Source: a virus (taxonomy: Duplodnaviria; Caudoviricetes). From it: a stretch of DNA of 64,000 nucleotides. The stretch lies in IMG/VR virus record IMGVR_UViG_3300019371_000265, positions 62,320 to 126,319 of that record. One strand, written 5' to 3'. The notes below the pieces were generated by a model. It was not told the origin of the DNA. It saw only the letters and a program-made list of their open reading frames with translations, and did not search any database. Below, piece by piece: positions 39,588 to 51,427 of the stretch. Within the stretch, counting starts at the first letter, position 1, and each line of letters starts with the position of its first letter. The translations under genes and the position numbers were made by a program.

Positions 39588-40115
39588 ATGCCAATTATTA
39601 CAAATGAATCCGAAGCAAGAAAATATATGGAGTTGGAAATAAAAAAATCGATGATAAATGTTCAAAACAAAGTATATATGATTATCGATAAATTCATAAA
39701 GGAATATTACTCCGATTATGATCCAGTTGAGTATATTAGAACGAAGGCTTTCTATAATTCTCTAGTTAAAAGTGATATTAGGAAAGTAAGGAATGGGTAT
39801 GAATGTGACGTGTATATTGATTTGGATTCAATGGATTATTATAGACACGACGCTTATGTTGTTGTAGATATGATTAACAGGGGGTATCATGCTTGGTCTG
39901 CCCTAAATGGTGGTACTAGAAGACCAGGTGGAGTAACACAAAGCGGAAGACCATTGAATGATCCATATTACACTGACGATATATTAGTTGAATTAGAGAA
40001 TGGAGAAGGTCGACATTTTTGGGACGATTCGATAGAGATTTTCAAAAAAGGTAATTTTATAATAAATAGTTTTATCCAATATATGAGAAATAGTGGAATA
40101 AAAATTGTAAACTAA
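39588..40115 (+). CDS. Tail-region hypothetical protein
   Basis: SD AAGGGAG supports ATG 39588; YDPVEYIRT. Confidence 0.65.
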   Translation: MPIITNESEARKYMELEIKKSMINVQNKVYMIIDKFIKEYYSDYDPVEYIRTKAFYNSLVKSDIRKVRNGYECDVYIDLDSMDYYRHDAYVVVDMINRGYHAWSALNGGTRRPGGVTQSGRPLNDPYYTDDILVELENGEGRHFWDDSIEIFKKGNFIINSFIQYMRNSGIKIVN

Positions 40116-40177
40116 TAAACAAGCACCTTTCAAATGGGTGCTATTTTTATGCAAAAATTTGAAAGGAGTTGGTTTAT

Positions 40178-43100
40178 ATGGACGAATTTAAAGTCGCACT
40201 AGGTGGCTATATACTCGATAAAGCAAAGATTCAAACGGAGTTAGATAAGACAAAAGATTTACATGTAAAAATTAGCGATATTGTTTTTGATGGTAAGGCA
40301 TTAGAAAAGATACAATCAGCTTTAAATAACTCAAAGGTGAGTCTAAATATTCAGTCCAATTTAAACAACTCTGATTTGCAGAGACAGGGGCAACAGCTTG
40401 GTCAAACCGTAGGGCAACAGATAACAAGTGGAATAAACAACACTATTCAGCGTGGTAGCTTTGAAAAGATATTTAATCCAAGTAGCATTAATACCGCTGC
40501 AAAAGAGGCTGAAAAATACTTCCAGACAATATCTAAGAGTGTATCTGTAACAGAAAATTTGGGAGCAAATAACAATCTCACAAGTTTTATAGTTTCTCTT
40601 AAAAATGCAGATGGTGTCGTTGAGAAGTTAAGATATAACCTCCAAACTTTAAAAGATGATGATGGTAATATTACTAGTAAATTCTTTCAATATTCTGGTG
40701 GTAATATTAACGACAATGGTGTGATTCAGCAGTTTACAAAAATATCAGCAAAAGCAGACGATCTCACTCTTAAATTAGATAAGGTTAAATCTGCATATAG
40801 TGACATTAATTCTCCAAAAGCAATTAAGAATGAGCAAAATGTATCACAATTGGCTTCTCAATATGACAAAGTAGTTCAGTCTATTGCTTCATTAAGAAAT
40901 GCTGATGATTCAACATTCTCAGCAATGACAGCTAATGTGAATAAAGAAATATCTTCATTGGAAAATATGGTGAAGCAATTTAAGAATGCCGAATATGCCG
41001 CCACTTCTTTGAGAACAAAAGATATTTCCACCATCAAGGTTGACGAAGGTAATTCATTAAATACTTTTGTTGAAAAAATGAAGCAGTCTGGCAATTATAC
41101 TGTTGAGTTACAAGGAAAAGTTTCCGACTTAAAGGGTGAACTTTCGAAAGTATTTGATTCAAATAGTTTAACAAACTATCTCAACAAACTTAGCAATGTG
41201 AAATCTGAATTTGATTCAGTAAATGCTGCGGCGAATACCGTTGGCAAAGCAACAAAATTACAGACTAACGTCGAGATGGAGTTAAATAAGCTAAGAAATT
41301 ATAGACAAGAACTAGAGTCAAATGGAACAATGACTGATGTTCTTAGACAGAAATTCGATGGTCTTGAAACTTCATTAAATAAGGTTGGAACTTCAACGGG
41401 ACTCACTACATGGCGAGCTGAAATGAAGTCTGTACAGAGTGACGTTGATGCGACGAAAAATAAATTTAACGAATTAGCCAATGTAGAAAAATTAGCTTTA
41501 CAAAAAACAAATGTAAAATCTAACATAGATGAATTTTTAGCCACAAACACGAAATTAACCGGAGATTTACGTAATAGATTTTTAGAGTTAAGAACTGCAA
41601 TTGATTCAGTTGATGATAATAAAGCTCTCGCTAATGTAAAAACCCAACTTTCCACGTTAAAGAACGAAGCGAAGTCGGCGGGAATGATTGGAAAATCTCT
41701 TGGAGATACATTTAAAGAGAACATTTCTGCATTTACCAACTGGTTTGGGATAGGAACGTTAGTTGCGGGAAGTGTCAGGGTACTCAGAGACATGTATAGA
41801 GCAGTGTATGACATAGATACCGCAATGACCAATTTATATAAGGTTACAGATGAAACGAACCAAAAATATAACCAATTTCTGAATGGGGCAACGACAAAAG
41901 CACAGGAACTTGGAAGATCGGTTTCGAGCCTCGTTGAGCAAACTGCTACTTGGGCGAAATTGGGATTTGGCATAGATGAAGCAGCTAAACTAGCGCAAAT
42001 ATCATCAATATATTCGAATGTTGGAGAAGTTGATGATAAGACTGCGGTATCCGATCTGGTTACAGCTATAAAAGCATTCAATATTGAAAGTTCAAAAAGT
42101 ATTACGATTGTTGATTCTCTCAACAAATTAGGCAACGAATTTGCAACTGATGCTGGATCTCTAGGCGAGGGGCTTAAAAATGCGGCTTCGGCTTTGGCTC
42201 TCGGTGGAATGGATATTAATAAATCTTTGGCTTTACTTACTGGTGGTTCTGAAATAACCCAAAACGCAGGTGAACTTGGTAATGCATTAAAGATTGGTCA
42301 AATGCGCGTAATGGGAATGAAAGGTGCATTGGAGCAACTTGGTGAAGAGTCAGAAGGATTAGAGTCTGTAAGTAAGATCCAGACACATATACTTAACATC
42401 ACAAAGGGTCAAGTTAATATCATGAAGGAAGCTGACCCTACAAAATTTAGAGATTATTATGATATATTGGAAAGTGTATCAAATGTATATGATAAATTAG
42501 ATCAGACAAAACAGGCAGATTTGTTGGAAACACTTTTCGGGAAACAACGTGGAAATCAAGGCGCAGCTATACTTCAAGCATTTCAATCCGGACAAGTACA
42601 GAAGGCATTAGAAGCGTCGAAGAATGCTGCTGGCAGTGCATACGAAGAACAAGCCAGATGGTTAGATAGTTTAGAGGCAAAAACACAACAGTATGGTGCT
42701 TCGTTCCAGTCATTATCTCAGACTATTTTAAATTCTAATTTTTTTAAGGGACTAATTGATTCTGGTACGGGTTTTAATAATATTTTAGAATCGATAATAC
42801 ATACTATTGGATTGCTTCCAGCTTCTGCTGGAGTAGTTGGCTTGGGCGCATTCATTAAAAACTTTGATAATCTAAAAAATGTGTCTCTTGCTTCTACCGC
42901 ATTAAAAGATTTTAATTCCGTTGCACAAGCTGGAAGTATTTCATATTCTGCTTTGGCTGACACATTAAAATCAGTAGATAACCAAACAAAAATTAATATT
43001 GTTTCACAAAGCGCCTTAACGACTGAGCAAAAATTAACAACTTTACAAACTGCGGGTCTTTCTACAGCGGAATTAAATACGGTAATTTCAACAAATGCTC

Positions 43101-46100
43101 TCTCCGCTTCTCAGGTTGGTGCTACCGCTACTGCCGGAGGATTGTCTCTCGCATTAAAAGGTCTATGGGCTACAATGTTGGCGAATCCGATATTAGCTGT
43201 TGGCATGGTGCTTACTGCTGGAATTTCGATATGGAGTAGATATAAACAATCTGTAGAAGAAACCAGACAGGCGACGCAAGATGCTGCCAATGTTTTTAAT
43301 GATTCATCATCTTCTATTCAGGAATATACGGATAAATATAAAGCGCTACATGACGAATTAACAAAATCAAATACCACAGAGGAACGCCAGCATGAAATAA
43401 AAACTCAGCTACTCTCTCTCCAAAAAGAATTGAATGAGAAGTATGGTGATGAATATGGGCGTTTAAATCTCGTTACAGATGCATACAAAGATCAAACAGA
43501 TGCAATCAAAGAGTTAAATACGGAGTCAGCAAAGAAATATCTGCTTGAAAACAGAGAAGGTATTGAATCTGCTACTCGAAAAATGGAGCAAGATAGAACA
43601 TATTCTCTCGGTAGTACTGGATACATGTCAAATGATTATGCAAAACAATTATATGATATTGCATCAAAGTATCAAGATCAAGGTATTAACTTAGAGCAGT
43701 TTAATGCTGGGAGCGAAACCGGATATACGATTAAATTCACTGGTGATGCGGAACAAGCAGATAAAGTAATCCACGAACTCGCAAGTCAGGTGCAGGATTT
43801 ACAAAAGAAGTTTGGAGACAATAATTTTGTACAAAGCTTCTTGAATAACTCTGCGAATGCACTAAAAGAAAATAATAAAGTATTAGATAAATATCAAGAG
43901 ATATATGACAGTTCTTTAATGGCACAAATTGCGTCAGACAATAAGTTGTCAGAAGGATATAACTCTGCTACTACGGCTGTTAAAAATTATAATGATGCGG
44001 TTGCGTCTGGAGACGAAAGTAAAATTGCTACGGCAAGAAAAGATCTCGATGATGTCAAAAATTCCATTGATTTAACGAGTGATGACTGGAAGCGTTATGG
44101 CGCAGTGATAACCGACGTATTTAGTCAAGCTGATACAAAATTATATGATTTTTCTGATGCACTAAAATCTAATCAGAATGGAATAATGGATCTTACAAAT
44201 TCTCTCAGCGGAATGTCAAAAGAAGATTTATTATCAATGGCAGATGACGGAAGCGTTGATAATTTTGACAAGTTGGTTGAAGCTGGGAAATCTTATGGGT
44301 TAACTGTTGAAGACGTGATTTCTGTCTTAGAAAAGCTGAAGATAGTTCAAGGCGAAGTCACTCAGTCAGGAGAGAATGTATTTACTCCTCTTTCAAAACA
44401 AGACGTTATTGCAAACATAAATTCGTTATCTGAAGGTTTTGAATCTCTCGACAAGATAATGAATAGTATGCAAAGCAAAGATCCTTTCGATTATTCTTTG
44501 CTTGATGATGATAAATTTAAGAAAACATTTGGAGAACTTGGTGAATCTTATTCTGACTTCATTGAAAAAATATCATCTTCACCAAAAGATATTAAGGGTA
44601 CACAATCTGCATTCAATGATCTTGTAACCGAGTGGATTGATAGTTCTGGTGTGTTAAATGGACTTACCGAAGATAATGCTAGTCTAGCGACCACAATGCT
44701 TAAAAATATGGGTGTTGCAAACGCAGAAGAAGTCGTAACAAATAGACTAACAGTGGCACAAGAACATTTGGCTGCACAAAAGGCTTATACGGCAGACATG
44801 AGCAACACCTTAACTAATGCAACGGCTGACGAAATACCAAATATCATAGAAGAGGCAACTCAAAGTGATATAGCAAAGGTTGCACTTGCTGGACTTGCAA
44901 TCGAAAAGGCAAATGTAAATAATACGGCTCTTGACACCAGTGGAGATATTGAAAACATCATAGCTCTAACCGGAGTTATTGGAACCGCAAATTCTGCATT
45001 AAAAGCATTAAATATCTTGAAATCTGGCGGAAACGTTGGATATGGTCTTGGTGGAAAAGAAGGATATGATGCAGTTGTGGCGGCTGCGCAAAAAGAAGTA
45101 GACGATGCCATAAAAGCCGCAGAAGATTACAAAGGCAAAGGCACAAGTGCAAACGTTACATACACAGGCGGAACTAAAACAAATAAGGCATCTGGTTCTG
45201 GAGCATCTAAATCTTCACAAAAGGATACTTCTGAGACATTTGACTGGATAGCTGTAGATGTCAAAAATAGAATAGATGATCTTGATAAATTAAAAGATAA
45301 ACTTGACGAGATAGACAGTTGGAAGTCTAAAAACAAGGCAACCGATGAACTTCTCGGAAATATGTCTTGGCAACTTGGAGAATTAGAAAAGGCTGCAAAC
45401 ACATACCAAACAAACGCAAACGAATATGCTGAAAAACTCAATAAAACGTACATAAGCAAGATTGAAGACGGATCTCTTGAAGTTGAGAAAATTACGGACG
45501 ATGTGGTAGTCAACAATGTCAAAGGTTATCAGGAGTGGTACGAAAAGTCTAAAGATGTAAAAGAAAAAATAGATGATGTTAAAAAGTCAATGACAGAACT
45601 TGCAAAATCAAAAATTGACAACATCATCAACGCTTTTGATTCATTGATATCACTCATGAATAAAACCGCTTCTTCTAGCAAAGAAGTGCTAAATATTCAA
45701 AAAGAATTGGGCGAAGAAATTACTTCTGATGATTATAAAAATTTAATTAACCAACAGGAAGATATTTATAATCAACTAGAAAATAAGTATGAGTCATTGA
45801 GTAAGGAATTGTCAAAGGCTGTAAGTAAAGGAACGATTAAGGCAGGAACCGAGGAATGGCGCAAGTATCAGGAAGAATTGATTAGTGTAAAAGATTCTAA
45901 GAACGACGCTGTTTCGGAAATGAATAATCTGCGCCAGACCATGATTGATTTGCCATTTGATGAGGTTAGCAAATATGCTGACGAATTAGACAGAGCCAAT
46001 GATTCAATTAGTACTATGAGTGATTTAATTGGTGACGAAGGTTTAATAGATAATGGTGCAATTACATCTAAAGGACTTGCTAAGATTGCGCTGTATGGTC

Positions 46101-47722
46101 AACAGTATGCCAATGCTAAACAAAAGGCCGCTGAATATGCCAATGCTATTGATGCTTTGAATGAAATGTACGATGAAGGTTCTCTTACACAAGATGAATA
46201 TAACCAAAGATTGAAAGATCTTGAGCAGAATCAATTATCGGCGGTTAAGGCTACAAAAGAAGCTGAAACAGCAATTTTACAGTTTAGGAAAAATGCTATT
46301 CAGGCACAGATTGATGATATGAATGATCTAGTGTCTGCAAAGAAAGAAGCATTACAAGCCGAAAAAGATTATCAGGATTATCTCGATAGTGTCAATAAAA
46401 AGCAGACGAATATTAATAATCTGCAAGCAAAAATCAATGAATTGTCATTGAGATCAGATTCTAGTGATAGAACCGCATATGCTATGAAGTTGCAATTAGA
46501 AAAGCAATTAAAAGATGCGAAGGACGAATTGGCAAAAGAACAGGCGGATAATGCTTATAACCAACAGCTTGACGCATTAGATAAAGAAGCAGAGAATTAT
46601 TCAAATGCCAAGAATGACGAACTGGATGAATTGGAAAACAATTACGATAAACAGCAAAAAGTAATCTCAGACTATCTCTCTGATGTGAAAAACAATTATA
46701 ATACTGTCTACAAAACCTTAACAGAATATGGTGAAAACTATAACTTGGCAACAACAGACGATCTTACATCTCCGTGGGAATCCGCTAGTAGTGCCGTTGA
46801 CACGTTCCAGTCTGCCGTTGGCGATGCCATTGCACAAATCAACATCGATATTGCAAGCATTGACTTATCAGGTCTTACAGAGTTAGTAAGTACGATGCAA
46901 GGATTTTCAGGAGGATCTTCCGGTGGTGGATTTGAAGATGTTACTGGTTCTGGAACATGGCAAAAGACATCAAAGGGTTATTGGTATGGTTCTTCTAATG
47001 ACGATTATGTATCTGATGGTGTTTATACTATTGGCGGAAAACAGTACAACTTCAACGAAGATGGTTATATGAAAACTGGCTGGGACGACAGTACTGGTGA
47101 TTGGCGATATTTCGAGCCAGAAAACGGTCAGATGGTTAAGTCTACGTGGAGAAATGGTAAAGATGGTAAACAATATTATCTGAAGTCTGATGGCACTATG
47201 GCTACCGATATGGCTATTAAAGCTAAAAACGGAAGTGGCTATTATTATGTAAATGATGATGGCACTTGGGACGGAAAGACTTTATCTTATGATGAAGTTA
47301 AGCGTAGCAACATTACGGTTGGTTATGCAAGTGGAACTCTTTCTGCTAAATCTGGTCTTGCATATGTTGATGAGCCAGGGGTGGGAAGCGAATTAATGCG
47401 GGATAATACTGGAACACTCATGCAATTTAAAGGTGGCGAAACGGTATTCAATTCTGGCATGACAAAAACGCTATATGATATAGCTTCTGATTCAAACGGT
47501 TATATCATGAAAACTCTTATGTCAAACCTACCAACGCTCGATACCACGAAAATCACACCAAACAACAATGGTATTGCGTTAAGCATTACAAGTCCACTGA
47601 TAACTATCGATAGACTTGATAGTTCGATGGAGAGTTATATAGATGCCAAAATTAATGCGTTGCCAGGAATGATCGTAGACCAAATGAATAGCGCATACAA
47701 AACAAAAGGAACACAAAGGTAA
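40178..47722 (+). CDS. Tape measure protein with C-terminal cell-wall-binding repeats
   Basis: About 2,500 aa helical; IDTAMTNLYKVTD, LNKLGNEFA, FGKQRGN core; YG-type repeats near 46,950-47,280. Confidence 0.92.
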   Translation: MDEFKVALGGYILDKAKIQTELDKTKDLHVKISDIVFDGKALEKIQSALNNSKVSLNIQSNLNNSDLQRQGQQLGQTVGQQITSGINNTIQRGSFEKIFNPSSINTAAKEAEKYFQTISKSVSVTENLGANNNLTSFIVSLKNADGVVEKLRYNLQTLKDDDGNITSKFFQYSGGNINDNGVIQQFTKISAKADDLTLKLDKVKSAYSDINSPKAIKNEQNVSQLASQYDKVVQSIASLRNADDSTFSAMTANVNKEISSLENMVKQFKNAEYAATSLRTKDISTIKVDEGNSLNTFVEKMKQSGNYTVELQGKVSDLKGELSKVFDSNSLTNYLNKLSNVKSEFDSVNAAANTVGKATKLQTNVEMELNKLRNYRQELESNGTMTDVLRQKFDGLETSLNKVGTSTGLTTWRAEMKSVQSDVDATKNKFNELANVEKLALQKTNVKSNIDEFLATNTKLTGDLRNRFLELRTAIDSVDDNKALANVKTQLSTLKNEAKSAGMIGKSLGDTFKENISAFTNWFGIGTLVAGSVRVLRDMYRAVYDIDTAMTNLYKVTDETNQKYNQFLNGATTKAQELGRSVSSLVEQTATWAKLGFGIDEAAKLAQISSIYSNVGEVDDKTAVSDLVTAIKAFNIESSKSITIVDSLNKLGNEFATDAGSLGEGLKNAASALALGGMDINKSLALLTGGSEITQNAGELGNALKIGQMRVMGMKGALEQLGEESEGLESVSKIQTHILNITKGQVNIMKEADPTKFRDYYDILESVSNVYDKLDQTKQADLLETLFGKQRGNQGAAILQAFQSGQVQKALEASKNAAGSAYEEQARWLDSLEAKTQQYGASFQSLSQTILNSNFFKGLIDSGTGFNNILESIIHTIGLLPASAGVVGLGAFIKNFDNLKNVSLASTALKDFNSVAQAGSISYSALADTLKSVDNQTKINIVSQSALTTEQKLTTLQTAGLSTAELNTVISTNALSASQVGATATAGGLSLALKGLWATMLANPILAVGMVLTAGISIWSRYKQSVEETRQATQDAANVFNDSSSSIQEYTDKYKALHDELTKSNTTEERQHEIKTQLLSLQKELNEKYGDEYGRLNLVTDAYKDQTDAIKELNTESAKKYLLENREGIESATRKMEQDRTYSLGSTGYMSNDYAKQLYDIASKYQDQGINLEQFNAGSETGYTIKFTGDAEQADKVIHELASQVQDLQKKFGDNNFVQSFLNNSANALKENNKVLDKYQEIYDSSLMAQIASDNKLSEGYNSATTAVKNYNDAVASGDESKIATARKDLDDVKNSIDLTSDDWKRYGAVITDVFSQADTKLYDFSDALKSNQNGIMDLTNSLSGMSKEDLLSMADDGSVDNFDKLVEAGKSYGLTVEDVISVLEKLKIVQGEVTQSGENVFTPLSKQDVIANINSLSEGFESLDKIMNSMQSKDPFDYSLLDDDKFKKTFGELGESYSDFIEKISSSPKDIKGTQSAFNDLVTEWIDSSGVLNGLTEDNASLATTMLKNMGVANAEEVVTNRLTVAQEHLAAQKAYTADMSNTLTNATADEIPNIIEEATQSDIAKVALAGLAIEKANVNNTALDTSGDIENIIALTGVIGTANSALKALNILKSGGNVGYGLGGKEGYDAVVAAAQKEVDDAIKAAEDYKGKGTSANVTYTGGTKTNKASGSGASKSSQKDTSETFDWIAVDVKNRIDDLDKLKDKLDEIDSWKSKNKATDELLGNMSWQLGELEKAANTYQTNANEYAEKLNKTYISKIEDGSLEVEKITDDVVVNNVKGYQEWYEKSKDVKEKIDDVKKSMTELAKSKIDNIINAFDSLISLMNKTASSSKEVLNIQKELGEEITSDDYKNLINQQEDIYNQLENKYESLSKELSKAVSKGTIKAGTEEWRKYQEELISVKDSKNDAVSEMNNLRQTMIDLPFDEVSKYADELDRANDSISTMSDLIGDEGLIDNGAITSKGLAKIALYGQQYANAKQKAAEYANAIDALNEMYDEGSLTQDEYNQRLKDLEQNQLSAVKATKEAETAILQFRKNAIQAQIDDMNDLVSAKKEALQAEKDYQDYLDSVNKKQTNINNLQAKINELSLRSDSSDRTAYAMKLQLEKQLKDAKDELAKEQADNAYNQQLDALDKEAENYSNAKNDELDELENNYDKQQKVISDYLSDVKNNYNTVYKTLTEYGENYNLATTDDLTSPWESASSAVDTFQSAVGDAIAQINIDIASIDLSGLTELVSTMQGFSGGSSGGGFEDVTGSGTWQKTSKGYWYGSSNDDYVSDGVYTIGGKQYNFNEDGYMKTGWDDSTGDWRYFEPENGQMVKSTWRNGKDGKQYYLKSDGTMATDMAIKAKNGSGYYYVNDDGTWDGKTLSYDEVKRSNITVGYASGTLSAKSGLAYVDEPGVGSELMRDNTGTLMQFKGGETVFNSGMTKTLYDIASDSNGYIMKTLMSNLPTLDTTKITPNNNGIALSITSPLITIDRLDSSMESYIDAKINALPGMIVDQMNSAYKTKGTQR

Positions 47723-47789
47723 TTTAGGATCGTATGGTTTCATCGCCATACGGTCTTTTTCTATTAATAAGAAGAAAGGAAGTGAAAAT

Positions 47790-48578
47790 ATGTATAGAGG
47801 TTCATTTACATTCGGCAATTGGTGCAGTGATGAATTTGGTATTATGGCTGTTAGTCTTGAGTCAGCGCTGAACCGTTTCAATAAAGGGCAAGTATCGGAA
47901 ATCGTAATTGATAAAGCAGCACAAGCAATTGAGTACCAGAAAATATCACAGAGTTATAAGGAGCCAATGGAATTCACTTTGCAAGTAATTAACAAAGATG
48001 GATCAGATATTTCGGCAGAACAGGAACGTGCCATGAGTAAAGCGTTCTGTAATCGTGGTGACTATGAGTGGTTATTTATTCATGACGAAAGATTTGGAGA
48101 TGCATGGGTAAGAGCGAAGTTCTATAATCCTCAAACGTGGACTGTTATGGAAGTAAAAGGAATCCAGTACACAGTTCAGACCTCCTCTCCTGTCGCATTC
48201 TCTGACGAGTATGAAAACACATATTCCATTACTGATACAGTTAAGACAATGAGTATCTATGTAAATAACGATGAAGAATTGGAAATATATCCAGAACTAC
48301 AAATTACTATGCAGTCGGCTGGCAAACTCATTGTATCAAATTCTGCTGAAACAGACAGCGCATATAAGACAGAAATTAGTAATTTACAAGTAGGCGAAGT
48401 AGTTACTATTAAAGATGAAAATATCACAAGTAGTTTATCTGCGCATGACATTATGAGTGATTCAAATTTAATATGTCCACGCCTCTACGACGAAGAAAAT
48501 ACTCTCACGTTTAACTTAAACTGTACTGTTTTAGTTAAGTATCGTGAGTACAGAAAGTTGGTGATTAACTTCTTATGA
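47790..48578 (+). CDS. Distal tail protein (Dit)
   Basis: Position after TMP; TSSPVAFS, PRLYDEEN. Confidence 0.7.
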   Translation: MYRGSFTFGNWCSDEFGIMAVSLESALNRFNKGQVSEIVIDKAAQAIEYQKISQSYKEPMEFTLQVINKDGSDISAEQERAMSKAFCNRGDYEWLFIHDERFGDAWVRAKFYNPQTWTVMEVKGIQYTVQTSSPVAFSDEYENTYSITDTVKTMSIYVNNDEELEIYPELQITMQSAGKLIVSNSAETDSAYKTEISNLQVGEVVTIKDENITSSLSAHDIMSDSNLICPRLYDEENTLTFNLNCTVLVKYREYRKLVINFL

Positions 48579-51421
48579 AATTTACTTTTAACTCTTATAA
48601 TAATGCAGATCCAGCAAAGGTATATTTATCGTATCCAAACAAGAAAATAATTTGTAAACTTAATGCATTACATATGAAAGCTTCATTATATGTGAACGGT
48701 ATATCAAGCTTTAAATTCCAGATGTATAAGTATAATGGATCACAAGAAAATCTTGGATATAGCAAGGTTTCAATTGGTAAATACTTTAAAGTAAGTAATG
48801 CGGGTTGGTTTAGAATAACCGATATAAAGCGTACAGACGATGGAGTAAATCCTCTCATTGAAGTTACTGGGTATGATTTAGTAACAGAATTAACACAAAC
48901 TCTCCTGACCTCCTTCGGATCGCTTGGAACTGAAGACGATGAACAAGGTGGATTAGATAGATATGCGTTATATGATGCGGCTGACACAGCACATAGTATC
49001 GCTCATGTATTTATGTCTAAGAATCCAGGGTGGACATTTAAGTACATAGACGATGCTATTTCAAAAGGGCGAAGGAGTTTTAGCAATGATAGTATCTCCT
49101 CTTACAAATTCCTTACTGAAGACGTAGCGAAAGCGTTTGAATGTATATTTAAGTTTGACAGTAATGATAGATCTGTAAGCGCTTATAAACTAGAAAATTT
49201 TGGCAAAACAGTTCCGGTGGTATTGTCGTTCCACAATTTGCTGAAACAGTTAGATATTTCATGGAGTGAAGATGCCATTAAGACAATGTTGTATGTTACA
49301 GGTGGAAATGATGCAACTGGAACTCCCCTATCTATCGCAGGAGTTAATGCGAGTGGAAACGGATATATAACCAATTTCAGCTACTTCTATGAAGATATGA
49401 GCGTAGAACTTAAAACCAAATTAGAAGAATACTATCAGTTGATGGAAACCAATGGAACGTTAATATCTACTGCTCTCTCACAGCTTAATACATTATATAC
49501 GGAATTGTACAATCTGAACAATAAAATGCCTACAGACGAATCAAGTACCGATTGGACGCAATATGGACTTGTAGGATTGAAAAGTAAAGAGAAAACATAT
49601 TTGAACAATATGTCTTTGTATACCGATAAGATGGGAGGCGATCCTACTTCCGCACAGGCATATACGACAAACAATACTCTCTGGAATCAAGTAACTGCTG
49701 AAATTATAGTGAGAGAATCACAGACAACTGCAAAGAACGCACAGATCACAGCAAAACAAACTGAAATACGGTCTTATACTGTAGATATTAAATCTGTTCT
49801 TGGAGAAAATTTATACGTAGAATTACAGCCATTTATTCGTGAAGATAAATTATGCGATGACTCATATATTGCAACAGATATTATGACAGATGCAGAAGTT
49901 CTTGCTATGAAGAAAGATTTATATGAGCATGGAATGAACGAACTGTCAAGAGTGTGTTTTCCACAGTTTGAAATGACTGTTGATGCGGTGAATTTTCCGA
50001 TGCTGTTTGATTATAAAGACTGGACGGAACAACTTGAACTTGGTGATATTGTAAGGATTAAATATTCAGATACGGCTTATTTTTCTGCCAGACTATTGAA
50101 GATGGAATTAGATTGGGATAATTTCAAGAACTTCTCTCTCACTTTCAGTTCTAAGACATCTTTGGAAGACGGATTCTTTGAATTTGAGACCATTAAGAAT
50201 ATGGTAAATCGATCTAGTACTACTCTTGATTACAAAACCTCTGGTTGGAACGAAGCTAGTAAACAGGCTACAACTGCATACAATGCTACGAAGAAGGAAA
50301 TCCTTGACCTGAGTCTACAGCAGATTCAAAGTAATGCAAACAATATTGTAACAGATTTAAGTGATGCAGGACTTCTATTCAGAAAGTACTTACCAGAACA
50401 AAGTAAATTTGCGCCAGAAAAACTTTGGATTACCAATAGACAAATATTATTGTTTGAGGAACCAGATGGAACGAATTTAAAGACTCCTAAAGTTGCAATA
50501 GGAAAAGTGTATAAGACTGTGAACGGTGTGACGAAAGAATTCTACGCTGTTGCTGCCGATGTGATTGCTGGCGATATGTTTTTCGGTGAATCACTTTCCA
50601 TTCAGAATAAGAATAACACTCTTACACTTAACGAAAATGGATTTATAGCTTCCGCAACCAATGGATTCAGAGTGCAGATTAACCCCGATGATCCAGCTAA
50701 TATTTTGAACATCTCCAAGAATGGAACAAAACTCTTCTATATAGATGCGGTCACAAACAAGTTAGTGTTCAAAGGTAGAGCAGAAATTGACGAAGGTTTG
50801 ATTGCCAACTGGACTATTGCAACGAATAAACTGTATTCTGGTAATGTCGGTATGAGTTCTGATGCCACCTCCGGTGCGATTGCTTTCTGGGCGGGTAACG
50901 CCACGCCAGCAAGCGCTCTGTTTAGGGTAACAAATCAAGGTTATCTGTATGCCGCAAATGCCAATATCTCTGGAACTGCGAATATAACATCTGGATTGAT
51001 CGGTGGTTGGAGAATAGAAAATCAAAATCTAGTAGCTATAAGTGACGACAGCCAAATTCAGAGTGGTCAGTTTTGGGGGAAGGTTATTGGAGTGGGATCT
51101 TTTTATGCAGATAATGATCATATTACATTTTGTGGATTTGAAGCAGACGATGATTATTTAATGTCTTCTGGCGAGCAGGTTGGAATTAGATCAGCCGCCA
51201 GTGGAAATGAATTTTGGTTATGGGCAGGATATAATGGGCTAGGTGAAGAAGAAATTAGCAACTATGCACTTGCAGTAGATGCCGCCGAAATGACATATGT
51301 AAAAGAATTAACTATAACCGGAGATTCGTGGTGGGAAAATTGGACTTTAACGCAGACCATGAGAAGGGCTTATGAGAGAATAGAAGATTTAGAAGCTAGA
51401 GTTTCTAATATGGGCGGTTGA
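48575..51421 (+). CDS. Tail-associated (Tal/baseplate hub) protein
   Basis: Position after Dit; LELGDIV, IGGW-type beta repeats. Confidence 0.7.
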   Translation: MKFTFNSYNNADPAKVYLSYPNKKIICKLNALHMKASLYVNGISSFKFQMYKYNGSQENLGYSKVSIGKYFKVSNAGWFRITDIKRTDDGVNPLIEVTGYDLVTELTQTLLTSFGSLGTEDDEQGGLDRYALYDAADTAHSIAHVFMSKNPGWTFKYIDDAISKGRRSFSNDSISSYKFLTEDVAKAFECIFKFDSNDRSVSAYKLENFGKTVPVVLSFHNLLKQLDISWSEDAIKTMLYVTGGNDATGTPLSIAGVNASGNGYITNFSYFYEDMSVELKTKLEEYYQLMETNGTLISTALSQLNTLYTELYNLNNKMPTDESSTDWTQYGLVGLKSKEKTYLNNMSLYTDKMGGDPTSAQAYTTNNTLWNQVTAEIIVRESQTTAKNAQITAKQTEIRSYTVDIKSVLGENLYVELQPFIREDKLCDDSYIATDIMTDAEVLAMKKDLYEHGMNELSRVCFPQFEMTVDAVNFPMLFDYKDWTEQLELGDIVRIKYSDTAYFSARLLKMELDWDNFKNFSLTFSSKTSLEDGFFEFETIKNMVNRSSTTLDYKTSGWNEASKQATTAYNATKKEILDLSLQQIQSNANNIVTDLSDAGLLFRKYLPEQSKFAPEKLWITNRQILLFEEPDGTNLKTPKVAIGKVYKTVNGVTKEFYAVAADVIAGDMFFGESLSIQNKNNTLTLNENGFIASATNGFRVQINPDDPANILNISKNGTKLFYIDAVTNKLVFKGRAEIDEGLIANWTIATNKLYSGNVGMSSDATSGAIAFWAGNATPASALFRVTNQGYLYAANANISGTANITSGLIGGWRIENQNLVAISDDSQIQSGQFWGKVIGVGSFYADNDHITFCGFEADDDYLMSSGEQVGIRSAASGNEFWLWAGYNGLGEEEISNYALAVDAAEMTYVKELTITGDSWWENWTLTQTMRRAYERIEDLEARVSNMGG

Positions 51422-51427
51422 TGATAA

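Noticed and set aside
40876-47173. Minus-strand ORFs inside the tape measure (and similar ones in other long genes)
   Set aside because: Antisense shadows of the coding strand
19242-47722. Introns or inteins in terminase, capsid or tape measure
   Set aside because: Reading frames are continuous, sizes are ordinary and no splicing motifs were seen
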